NCBI GenBank assembly: GCA_009602725.1
Contig: WELB01000008.1
Coordinates: 979,645 to 1,018,960, forward strand
Source: Spirogloea muscicola
Taxonomy: Eukaryota
Length of the DNA stretch: 39,316 bases
Direction of reading: 5' to 3'
This document shows, in pieces, positions 1 to 15,200 of this stretch. A program made the position numbers and the translations under genes. The notes under the pieces are model-generated. The model was not told the origin of the DNA, did not search any database, and saw only the letters and a program-made list of their open reading frames with translations. Numbering within the stretch: the stretch's first letter is position 1; every line of letters begins with the position of its first letter.

Positions 1-216
1 GCCCCCCGCTCAGCACCTCCGACCTCCGCCGCCGCCGCTGCCGCAGCCGTCGCCGCCGCAGCCACCGCCGTCGCCTTTGCTGCCGCCGCCGCCGCGGGCT
101 CTTGCGCGGGCGGCGACTCGACGCCTCTTCCTCGGTGGAGCACACCGGTGCCTCCGGCCTTCTGCTCGTCGCCCTTCCGCACGCTTGGCGCCCGCCCGCT
201 GCTCCCCGCCGCCGCC

Positions 217-3200
217 ATGGAGTCCGGCTCCAGCCGGGCTGCCAGGCGCTCCGCCATGCTGGCGCAGCACCTTGCCCAGCAGCAGCGCTCCCCCTCGCCG
301 TCATCGCAGCTCGAGGTGGCGCAGTGCCTCAACTACGTCTCCCCCGAGGAAGCGGCAGGTGCGCGTTGCTGGCCGAGGTCTCAGGCAGGACCACCCCTCG
401 TTCACGACATGCTCCACCTTCTCCAAGTTGACGGGGCAGCAGAGGCTTTCTTTCTGCAGTAGTTTCGCTTTCACCTATCGCGCCACTCTCACCTGCTGTT
501 GTTAGTGCTGAATGGACAGACTTTATTGTTGAAAGTGACTGGCGTGCTGCACATGCTCAAGCATCTGACTGCTGCTGGAGCCCTTGATTCTGGCCCCAGG
601 GTCTCCGAGCTTTGACCCGAGGCAGCTCCAGAAACTCTTGGATGCACACAACATGGAGACAAGGGCTGAGATGTATGAGCTTTTCAAGGACAACAAGGTC
701 TTCTGGCCCAACAAGGACGCCAAGGTACCCAATCAGATGCGGAGTTGTTGCCCGTTGACACTGTCAATTGGTTAGTACATGTGATGACTGCTTGTATATG
801 AGCAGCAAACTGCGTGGGACCGCAAAGTCGAACGACCTTGCTGTGCAGATAGGTCCTGCTACAGCTCCAGTAAGGGGTGGGCTTGACATGCTTGCCTGGT
901 ATACTCAGATTGGAGGGCAACTCTACACGGCAATGGACTACAATACCTCTAAGGAGGATCAGAGGAATGCCACGTTCGATCGCATCCTCTTCCTCCGGGA
1001 TCGTGGCCACTTCAAGGTGAAGGCCTGCTGTCAACCGTGTTGCTCATTCAACCTGCAACTGGCCAGGCCTTGGGGCAGAAACTCATACCTCCATAGAAAC
1101 GTGTCAACGAAGCGCCCCCGGACAGACCTCTCCCTCTTTGCTTGTGCTGATGAGGGTGGTGATGCAAATCAACCTGCAGGGGTGGTTGACCAGTGATGAT
1201 CCTAAAGAGATAGGAAAGAAGGTTGCAATGCACGAGGCGCTGGGCGTGTATGACCACTCCATAGGTGTCAAACTCGGCGTGCACATCCACCTCTGGTCAG
1301 TACGCAGAGCGTCATCTCAAGCAGACCCCTAGCATCCATTGCCTTGCAGGAGTGGCTCACCAACGATGATCATGATGCTGTCTTGAGAAAGGCGGCAATG
1401 TTTGAGGCTGTATCTGTCTACGATCACTCCATGGGAATTAAGCTCGGTGTTCACATTCACTTGTGGTGAGTCTTGCTATAGTGTGTAGGATGAGAGACCA
1501 AGTCATAGCTGCACAAGGCCACTGCTGTAGTTGTCCAACTACTAAGGGAAAGGGCACAGAGCTCGACTGTGCTGTAGGTGTCCAATGTATGCCCCAGCTG
1601 GTCTGTATTGAGCATGTAGAGCCAATGTTGTTGCAGGGGAGGTGCTGTTAAGTACCTGGGGACAAAGAGGCACCACGACAAGTGGTTGAAAAGGACTGAG
1701 GATTATGATGTCGCCGGATGCTTTGCTTTGACCGCTTGGTCATGGGAGCAATGTGAGAAGAGCACGCCTTGCTAGCTCCACTGACATCTTTGCTGCACGA
1801 TCTTCAGAAGACGGCACTTCACTTGGCATGTCTTTATTTTCCAGAATCAGTAAAAAAGTGATTGCTACTTATTGCTGTGCGTAGCAACTCCAGGACCGCC
1901 ATGAGTCCCAGCCTGTAGCAATGGTTCCATACGCTTCCAGTAGTGATGTATGATAAGCTTGAGTACTGATTTTTTGCAGGTGAGAGGAATTGAGACTGAA
2001 GCGACTTATGACACCGGCACTCAGGAATTTGTAGTTAACACGCCCTGTGAGACTGCTCAGAAGTATTGGATTGGTGGAGCGGCTCAGGCAAGTGTTCAAA
2101 CCTCACCTTCCCACTCACATGATGAGTCAGGGGGGTTAGGGAGGTGGGGAGGGGGGGAGTGGGTTGGTGTGTTTTGGTCCTAATCCACTGTGCAATCAGG
2201 CATGGTGTCCTTGACTTGAACCAATTAGACTTGCCGAGCGTGGATAGCTGGCACTTCGTCTCCACGCTTCAGCTTCCATACAGATACAGAGCAGCATGAC
2301 TGCCGCTGAAATCTTGACAAACATTCTCCTGCTCACTTGACCTACAGCACGCAAATATGACCGTCTGCTTTGCACAACTGCACATTGAGGGCAAGAACCA
2401 GGGCGTTCATGCGTTTGTTGTGCCCTTGCGGGACAACCAAGGGCAGCCAATGCCCGGTATCCGCATAGCTGACTGTGGCCACAAGATTGGTCTGAACGGG
2501 GTCGATAATGGTCGCATCTGGTGAGCACTTGCGCCCCTGGCTACATTGCTTCATTAGTGCGACATCAGAAGCAAGGCTGTTGGCTTGGCAGCTGTACCTT
2601 AGGAGCAGTCTGGCTTGTGAGTAGTTTTCTGCATTGTGTGTCCTCTCGGCTGTTGTTGACGACAAGCAGTGGCCTGTCTACATGCACAGCATATCTTGTT
2701 GTGACTGCCTCAGGTTTGTTGTGTTTTGTGCAGGTTTGACCATGTACGCATTCCTCGGGAGGCTTTGCTCAACAGGGTCGCAGATGTGAGTCCCGTGGGA
2801 AAGTACGAGAGTGCGATCAAGGATCCTGATCAGGTGCATCATTGCTACATTCCTAGCTCAGTATATCAGCTCTCTTTAGCAGCACCGTCTAGCACAGGAC
2901 GCTCCTCTTGAAAGGAATGCCCAAGTCACAATACTGGCAATTGCAAGCACCAGGGAAGAGAGAGTAGATTTTCAAGTTGGTGCAGTTCACCTTTGCCACC
3001 AGTTAATGTTCATAGAGGATGTAATGGCAAAGGTGCTACTGTATAGGAGTATTATCACTGTGTGGACTTACTTTGCGTATTCGTATGACATTAACAGAGA
3101 TTTGCAGCACTCATGGCCCCCTTGACAAGTGGCCGTGTAACAATCGCTATAAGTGCCATCAACCAGTGCAAGGTGCAAGCCCATGACTCTCTTGATCTGA

Positions 3201-5666
3201 GCTTATGTACATAAGAAGTTTTGTGCAGGCTTCCTGTGCATGACACTTTTGCATGTGGATCTTACAGTCTGTTCCGAATTGACAGATTGGGCTTGCAACT
3301 GCCCTCCGCTATTCCCTGTCTCGGCGTGCTTTTGCTCTCAAGCCTGATGCTCCTGAGGAGCTCCTCCTTGACTACCCTAGCCACCAGCGACGGCTTCTGC
3401 CGCTCTTAGCAAAGACGTAAGTTGAATGCGAGCCTGGGTTCTTACTTGCTGCTCTTTGGGCTTTAGCACTCAATGTTATTAGCATTTGAAAGCATGTTAT
3501 GGTGGTCCTCCATCAGTATGCTACCTTCATGACATGTAAGCTCTTCTGGCCTTCTTTCAGGTATGCCATGAACTTCGCAAACAACAGTATGAAACTGTTG
3601 TATATAAGGAGACAACCTTCTGATGCCAAGGTTATCCACGTTCAGTCAAGTGGATACAAGGCCATGTTCTCGTGGCACATGCTCCGGACACTTCAGGTGA
3701 AAGGCTGAATCTTTGGCTTGACTGCTAAAGGATACCCATTGGGTGTTATGCCGCGTCTTCTTTTACCCTGGGTAGGGCTACTGTTGTGCATGTTTGGATC
3801 TTACGATGTCCTAAGCTTGCCGATAAATGCTATAAAACAGGAATGTCGTGAAGCATGTGGGGGAATGGGGATTGCTTCCAACAATCGTATTGGACAGTTG
3901 AAAGCTGAGCATGACGTCATGTCTACCTTTGAGGGCGACAACAATGTGCTCATGCAGCAGGTCCTTCGCTCTTCTGGACCACTCTTTAATCACACAATTA
4001 GCAACTAGGGACTCATTTGTCAGCTTCTGGTTTCTGATATTTGTGGTTTTTGTCAGTTTCCCATTGGTGGTCACAATTGCCCTGCTGCTGTCATTTTGGA
4101 TGCGATCAAGTCTCCTTCCATACGTTCAGTGTCACTGCTCTATCGAAGGACAAAAGTGGCACAAGTGGAAGACTTTTGGGGATCTACAGTAGAAGTTTCA
4201 TGTTTTCAGGCCTGGCATTGTAGAGTCCTTGTCATGCCAATTGAGCTGCCTATTTAACAGCCTTACCATGTTGCAGGTCAGCAAGGCAATGCTTGGTGAT
4301 TATTTCGTAGCCAAGAAGGCTCGCAAGCCCATTGCGGGGCTTGGCATGGAGCACATGAATGGTCCTCGGCCTCAGATACCTGCTTCACTGGGCAGCTCCC
4401 AGCTGCGTGACCCGGAGTTGCAGGTACGGGTGCTGCAGATCTGTGTCTCACAGAATTTGCCACAGCTCAAGAAGACTTTGTAACATCACTATCTATCTGT
4501 TGCCTCCCAGCGTGATCAACCCTTGCAAGTCTTCGTCCATGTCCATATTACGAAGCCAACCTGAAGCATCTGAAAGATTTTGTGGTGCGATCTGTGCATT
4601 GTGCACTAATGGACCCCACTGTTGTGCAGCTTGTCTTATTCCAATTGAGAGAGAGAGATCTGCTGGAGCGCCTGGCTGGCGACATATCTCAGCGGCTGGG
4701 CAGGGGCACTGCCATGGTTGATGCTTTTAATGAGGTCAGGGTCATTATTTTCCTCCCAGACTTATGGTTGGCGTGACATTGGTTGTCATGAGTGGAGTGA
4801 GTCCTTCTCGTTTCTCTGATGGCCCACTTTACCTATTATTCAACCTTACAGGCACCTACAACTCAGGCAGGGGGCACTTACAAATTGACTTCTGGTGCTG
4901 CAGAGCTACCAACTTGCTACGGACCTTGGGAAAGCCCATGCAGAGCGGGAGGTGCTGGAGGCATGTAGTGCAGTTGTGAAGGCTCAACGTCCTGGCCCTT
5001 TGAAGGTACCTCTTCTGGCTGCAGCTGGCAAGCAGCAGAAGCTGCCCTTTGGTGTCCTGGATATGAGAAGGCTTCTGAGCGTAGCAAAGTGCTGCTCGTG
5101 CGGGTGTTATTACTTGATGCGGCAGTTGCCAGCATTCACCAGCTGCATTGACAATGCTGATATTCGTGTTAACTTTACCTTCTGCCTTGCAGGACGTCCT
5201 CGAGAACCTGCGGACATTGTATGCATTGGTCACAGTAGACGAGGACGCAGTTTTCTTGAGGTAAATGGAGAAAGAACCTGCAAGCAAGCATATGCTCTTT
5301 ACTACATCTTGCTACTTGCAAACACATGCAACGTTGTCTGTAAGTTTTGTTGTGAGTTTGCTGCCTCTTTGACATCCAACCAACCTGCTGATAAAGAACT
5401 TCTCATGTAACTTCAGATATGCGTACATTATGGCGGACCAAGCACAAGCCGTGCACCGGGAGGTGGCTGCTCTTTGCAATGATGTACGGCCGCACACATT
5501 TGGGCTGGTGGAGGCCTTTGGCCTGCCCCCTCACATGCTTGGTCCCATCGCCTTCGACTGGGTGGATTATAACAGCTGGCACAACACCCGTGAGGCTGCT
5601 GCAAGCGAGCAGCGCCACATGGCCAAGAACGTGAATGGCCACTCTGTTGCCGCATACGCTTCATGA
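217..5666 (+). CDS. ACX3: Peroxisomal acyl-CoA oxidase, ACX3 (medium-chain) type. 17 exons per isoform, an alternative exon 4a/4b, and an apparent 2-nt frameshift in exon 5
   Basis: Exons assembled by hand: 217-358, 600-724, 909-1016, [1180-1295 or 1350-1465], 1637-1752, 1980-2087, 2348-2520, 2734-2833, 3098-3172, 3286-3416, 3561-3696, 3841-3960, 4277-4423, 4630-4735, 4904-5005, 5193-5260, 5417-5666. Motifs include the PTS2-like RSAMLAQHL plus downstream Cys, YDHS.G.KLGVH, GCFALT(E)[55 protein letters not shown] and [13 protein letters not shown]. All are collinear with plant ACX3 as I recall it. Confidence 0.95.
1180..1295 (+). other. ACX3 alternative exon 4a ([39 protein letters not shown])
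   Basis: Acceptor ctgcag|G, donor TG|gtcagt, 116 nt, phase 0 in and phase 2 out, open reading frame. Confidence 0.9.
1350..1465 (+). other. ACX3 alternative exon 4b ([39 protein letters not shown])
   Basis: Acceptor ttgcag|G, donor TG|gtgagt, 116 nt, same phases as 4a, open reading frame, 25/39 aa identical to 4a. Confidence 0.9.
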
Positions 5667-6170
5667 CCACGTCAATCAGCATACCCTGCTGCGCGTCCTC
5701 GCAACCTGCCGTGGAACAGCAGCATGGACACAGAATTCTAGCCAGTCGGTGGTGTGACTTGGTGGTACGAGGGGATGTAGCATTGAGCATCCAGCATACT
5801 ACGATGATTTAGATTCTGTACTGTGACATTTGTACTGCGTCGCCACCCTGTAATATTAATTACAGGTCTTATTGTCAGCAGTAAAGCTGATAAATTGACC
5901 TCGCTATATGGTGGCTCAATCTAATCAGGCAAGCTGACTATGATAAGCAAAGAAACGCGTATATCAGTTTCCAAGCAGTCAGCATCTTAATTGCTTCAGT
6001 GGAATGCAAATACTGCACAAGAGGTGGAGGTTGAGCTCATATACAATGTACTGGTCACCATCAGCGTTTGGAATGTTGTCAACTTGCAGAATGCGGGGCA
6101 TGTGCGCCGCCGCTTAGTGGCATGCGAGCTATACCTGCACATTAAGACCTCTGAGGCCCGTGGGCTGCTT

Positions 6171-6235
6171 TAGGCCATACTTTAGGCCATACCTGCACAC
6201 CCATGGGGTGCAGGCATGGGGTGCAGGTATGGCCT
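6171..6235. repeat. Inverted repeat/hairpin with internal short duplications
   Basis: AGGCCATACCTGCACACCCATG (from 6184) is the reverse complement, with one extra base, of CATGGGGTGCAGGTATGGCCT (to 6235). TAGGCCATAC and CATGGGGTGCAGG are each duplicated. Confidence 0.8.
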
Positions 6236-6307
6236 TGGGAGTCCATGCACACTTTCAGTCGACGCCCTAATGGCGCCAGCCGCCACTCCTTGTAACCTAA
6301 GGCTTAA

Positions 6308-6367
6308 TGCCTGAAGTAAGGAGGTCATCCAAGCTGCTGCCTGAAGTAAGGAGGTCATCCAAGCTGC
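6308..6367. repeat. Perfect 30-bp tandem duplication
   Basis: TGCCTGAAGTAAGGAGGTCATCCAAGCTGC occurs twice, head to tail. Confidence 0.9.
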
Positions 6368-6498
6368 TCTAAGATTAAGAGGGATAAAAAGGACACTTTA
6401 AATATGTTGGGCCAAAAGTTTGTGACCTCCAGTGAGCCATCCTGCTGTCCTCCTGGCTCCGTCTGCAGTGGCAGGGTCCCAACTGCTTGCTGTCTTGA

Positions 6499-10726
<4,228 letters not shown>

Positions 10727-10791
10727 GGGCCGTCCTCATCTCACGGCGGCGGCGGCGGCGGCGGGGGCGGCGGCGCCGCCGGGGGGGGCGG

Positions 10792-11287
10792 NNNNNNNNN
10801 NNNNNNNNNNNNNNNNNNNNNNNNNNNNNNNNNNNNNNNNNNNNNNNNNNNNNNNNNNNNNNNNNNNNNNNNNNNNNNNNNNNNNNNNNNNNNNNNNNNN
10901 NNNNNNNNNNNNNNNNNNNNNNNNNNNNNNNNNNNNNNNNNNNNNNNNNNNNNNNNNNNNNNNNNNNNNNNNNNNNNNNNNNNNNNNNNNNNNNNNNNNN
11001 NNNNNNNNNNNNNNNNNNNNNNNNNNNNNNNNNNNNNNNNNNNNNNNNNNNNNNNNNNNNNNNNNNNNNNNNNNNNNNNNNNNNNNNNNNNNNNNNNNNN
11101 NNNNNNNNNNNNNNNNNNNNNNNNNNNNNNNNNNNNNNNNNNNNNNNNNNNNNNNNNNNNNNNNNNNNNNNNNNNNNNNNNNNNNNNNNNNNNNNNNNNN
11201 NNNNNNNNNNNNNNNNNNNNNNNNNNNNNNNNNNNNNNNNNNNNNNNNNNNNNNNNNNNNNNNNNNNNNNNNNNNNNNNNNNNNNNN
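10792..11287. other. Assembly gap (496 N) in a very GC-rich promoter region upstream of the CDPK
   Basis: Run of N flanked by GGC/G-rich sequence. Confidence 0.99.
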
Positions 11288-11398
11288 GGCGCGGGCGACG
11301 GGCCCGCGGCCTTCGCTGCCGACGGCAGGGCCGCCGCTGGTGCGCCCGCCCCGCCGCGGGGCCACCGCTGCGACGACCGCCTGGAGGACGTGATCCAG
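11288..11398 (+). CDS. Possible 3' part of a first exon, either of a small gene or an upstream RecG exon. The start is lost in the gap
   Basis: GC-rich open frame ...GHRCDDRLEDVIQ ending at a good donor CAG|gtgcgc. A phase-compatible candidate exon follows at about 11778 (ERRLAVPLKPPD...). No homology recognised. Confidence 0.3.
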
Positions 11399-12287
11399 GT
11401 GCGCGCTGCCCGGCCTCGCTGCACGAGCTGAAACGCTTGAGGTTATCAAACGCTGTCGGTCGCCGCGGGAAGCCATGAAATTCCTGGTCCTCTGGCCTCC
11501 GAGGTGCGCGCTTCTGATGCTTCGTGGCCGCCAGCAGGCGCTCTTCGAGGGGAGCTGGGGGCAGCACCTGCCGGAGCCGTGGCGCCTCTTTGTGGCATGC
11601 ATGCGAGCGCGACCAGGGTACGTGCATGCTGCTGATAGCCAGGCCAAAGGAGCTGCGCCACTTTTGCATGACGCCATTGGATCAGATCCTGCTTTGGCAC
11701 TTGATGCCATCATAAGCTTGTCCACAGTTGCTCTTCGGGTCCCTCCCGTGTTACCCTACTGTCGCCTTTGGCCACAGGAACGACGACTGGCCGTGCCGCT
11801 GAAGCCTCCTGATCATTCCGTCACAGCAGGGCGCTTCCTTCATAGTGCAGCATATGTACCGGAGTCTTACGTTGCTTCTGATTGAGCTCGTCTAATGTGC
11901 ACCATTTCAGGGACGAGCCAACCGAGCCTTTCAAGTATCTGCAAAAGGCGCCACCTGGAGTTGCTCAGCCAGACTCTGGAATTTAGGCCGTCGGTGCAGT
12001 TGGATAACGCACTCGAGACCGGCAGCTTGTGAGCTTGTATTGGAGGGACCTGCAGCAAGACAGCAGTGCGCTTGCAGCAAGCCCAGCAGCTGAGATGTGG
12101 GGTGTGGTACTGGACCTGGAGTATGATCATCATTTGCAGGGTTTGGCGGCTTCCACTTGCTTTCTGGAGGTCTCCTGTCCTCTGTAGACGGCTGATACCT
12201 ACATCGCCACAAGCAGTGCGTCATTGGTCTCAACGTGCAGCAAACGGCTGCTATGAGTACCTTGGCTCACTATTTCCTCCCTTGAAG

Positions 12288-15200
12288 ATGGACGATGGTG
12301 GTTGTCTTGCAAGGGCCGGACCTTCTTCCTTATTTCTCGTTGCTACCAAGTTCGCCAGCACTCCGCATGTGTGGTCATGTGTCAAAGACAGGAGATGTGG
12401 TTTAGCAACGTCTACTGCACACCATGCAGCTTGGTCAATTGTGAGCAAATCTTCGATTCCGACAATATCTCTGAACACGGACTATCGGCCGCATGAAGGA
12501 AGACACTCCAGCTCACTGCCAACTGCTGTTCTTCACCGTCTCAATGGTGTGGACAGCACTTTCAACATAAGTTGTCCTTGCATTGAAGAACCCCCTTAGC
12601 TGCCAGCTTGGTTACAATGACAATCTGGTGAAGCTTGTTGGAGCTGTAGGAGCAGTCACTGTGCTGTATCTTTCACACATCTGTAGCATGGCTCTGAATT
12701 TTGCTGCCATTACTCAACTATACATATCATAGTCCCTGCTAGATATGGGAACTTGAACATTAACATTTGACAACATTATGCCCGGAGTTTGTGGCAGGCA
12801 TATGCCAGGACAGAGCCATGGCCACAAGGGGGCATTGTGTCTCCGTGCCAGACAACCCAGAGCTTGGCTATGGGGATGAGCTTATTCCGCTGGTCAGTCT
12901 AAATGTTAGATTTTACTGCATTGATAGCATTTCCAGAAAATTTATTCATGACTTCCTCTGCTCAAATGCTGCTATCCTATTTCAGAACAGCATAATACCT
13001 ATACAGTGATACAGTCTTGGCTTCTTCACATCTAGAAAGTGCACAGCATATATCCAGTTACAGCATGATCGTTGTAGCTAGGACATTGCATAGCTGCATG
13101 GCTAGAAGATCTGGTGATTCTTAGAGACTTAAGCAGGAAGTATGATGACAGTACGCACTCACATTGCAAAAGGGGCTCTGCATTTTTTTTCTTCTGCCAT
13201 CATGTCAAGCTTGAAGACAGTGAGGAAATACTCATGCAAGCAATCCTGTACGAGGCTCAAGAGGGTTTCACCAATGTACAGGGCCGCTCTGTGCGGTAGG
13301 TCCTTGCTTTGAAGGATATCATGGCTCTCTCCTTGTCCTGCTTCGCAATTTTGTGTGTCTTGCAAGGTACACGCCTTTATCTGTAGTACTTTGCCCACAA
13401 TGTTCACTTATTGCTGTATGGCAGGTTTAGTGATTTCTTGCATGAACAATTGAAATCAAAGGATTGGCGAACGAAATCGTCAAGCATATTGGAGGTGACA
13501 AGGCGGAGAGCTGCTTGTTACGCAGCTCTTGTGCTGGCAGACAGGAGTGCTCTCCTAAATCTGGTGAGGCTCTCGAGTTCTTGTGTTGCAATCTTGTCCT
13601 GCATGACCTGTTGCCTCTTTCTCGCACTCTTGCATTCATTAGTCCACTGGTGTGGCTGGTGCCTTGTGACTGTGGTCTCAAACACCTCAACGCAATTTGT
13701 GTGTCCAGGGTACTGACCGCTTGTTATTGTCCTCCTTGTTAAACCAGGTAGTTACAGACATCCTTCACTTCAAAAGTCTCAAGGAAGCTCAGGAGCACTA
13801 TGCTGCTGCGGTAGCAGCTGAGGATTCTGATAATACGGGCGGTGGTAAGCAGAGGCAGATTTTAAGTAGCTCGGAGCTACCAGCTGCTCAGTTGAATGGT
13901 CCGCATATAGGTACTGCAGAGGAAGCAAGAATCAGTATGACAAGTGTGCATGCTGAAACTGAAGCTAAGACTGCTATTGGAGCGTTGCGAAAGAATGTGA
14001 CAGCTCCAGTACGTGGGAAGGAGACTGTTGCAAACCATAATCGAAGCCTACCAGGCATCAATGCAGAGGCTGTAAATGAAGGAACAGACCCCAGGCCCCC
14101 GAGCGATCTAGGGAAGGATGATGCAGACGTATACCTGTCTGATCCAACTCTAAAAGAGGCACAGCTGCTATCACTTCTAGCAGACTGTCACCCGGCAATA
14201 CAGTATGGAGCAAGCGAGAGGATAGACCTACCTGGCCATGACGTCCTGGCAAGCACATTGCCAATCGATGGATTTGAGCATGTGGCACTCTTGGCAGAGG
14301 AGTTGAGACAAGGCGCGAAGCAAACAGCTGATAGCAGACCAGCAGAGATTGCTGTGAACGGCACGGAAAGGAGGGGGCAAGATGGGCTCGACAAGGCACA
14401 TGTTCGTGACATCGTCATGGACTACAAATCAGCCAAGGGAGGTCAACATGCTTCAGTAAAGGATGAGCCCCTCAAGCTTACTTCACAACCTGGTGTTGTG
14501 ACCAACTTGGACATGAGCTTGTCAGCTATTTCCGGGTTGACAACATTACAGCTTCAGCGATTACATCATGAGAAGTTCTTCACAGTAAGTTAGTCTCTGA
14601 GTTCTGCTACTTATGATCAGAAGACCACGTTATGCTCAGGTTCCTTGGAATGACTGCCTGCCAGATTAGGTGCGGTTCTCATGCACAAGAATGCCATTGC
14701 AGGTTCGCCAACTCTTGCAGCACTTCCCACGCACTTATGTGGACTACCAAAATCCTGCAGGGCAAATACAGGAGGGTCAGCATGTTGTTCTTGAGGGGAC
14801 TATTATTTCATCCAGGCCAGTTGTTCATCTTTGTCATCTCTATTGTGTTTCAGTTAGGAAGTTACTGCCAAGATGTGCCTCAGTCCAGAGTCTGGTGTCA
14901 CAGTTGCTCAGGTTTTTCAGCATTTGTTGGTCACTTTTGTGCCGAAGATCTAGACCCTATGTTGTCTGATGTTGATAGTCATGGACGTGAAAGCCTTCTG
15001 ACAAAGATCTGGTCATCTGTCCACGGTCCATTGCACCACTCATTCCTGGTCATCGTTTTCATTTCAGGGGTCGATCCTTGAAGGCTGGGTTCAATGTGAT
15101 TGACATTGTAATGAAACTCAACAATGACGAGGTTGCAGAAGGGGCTGCTGGGGACATATTGTATCGCACCTCTAAAAGTGAAGCGGCAGAAAGATCATCA

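Noticed and set aside
10..505. Overlapping Arg/Pro/Gly-rich ORFs at the window start
   Set aside because: These are shadow frames of GCC-repeat-rich promoter/UTR DNA and ACX3 exon 1, with no protein-like features.
1180..1752. Idea that including both duplicated ACX exons (+2 frame) compensates for the 2-nt deletion in exon 5
   Set aside because: Reading 4b after 4a gives ...ATG CTG TCT TGA, a stop well before the deletion, so the frame cannot be rescued this way.
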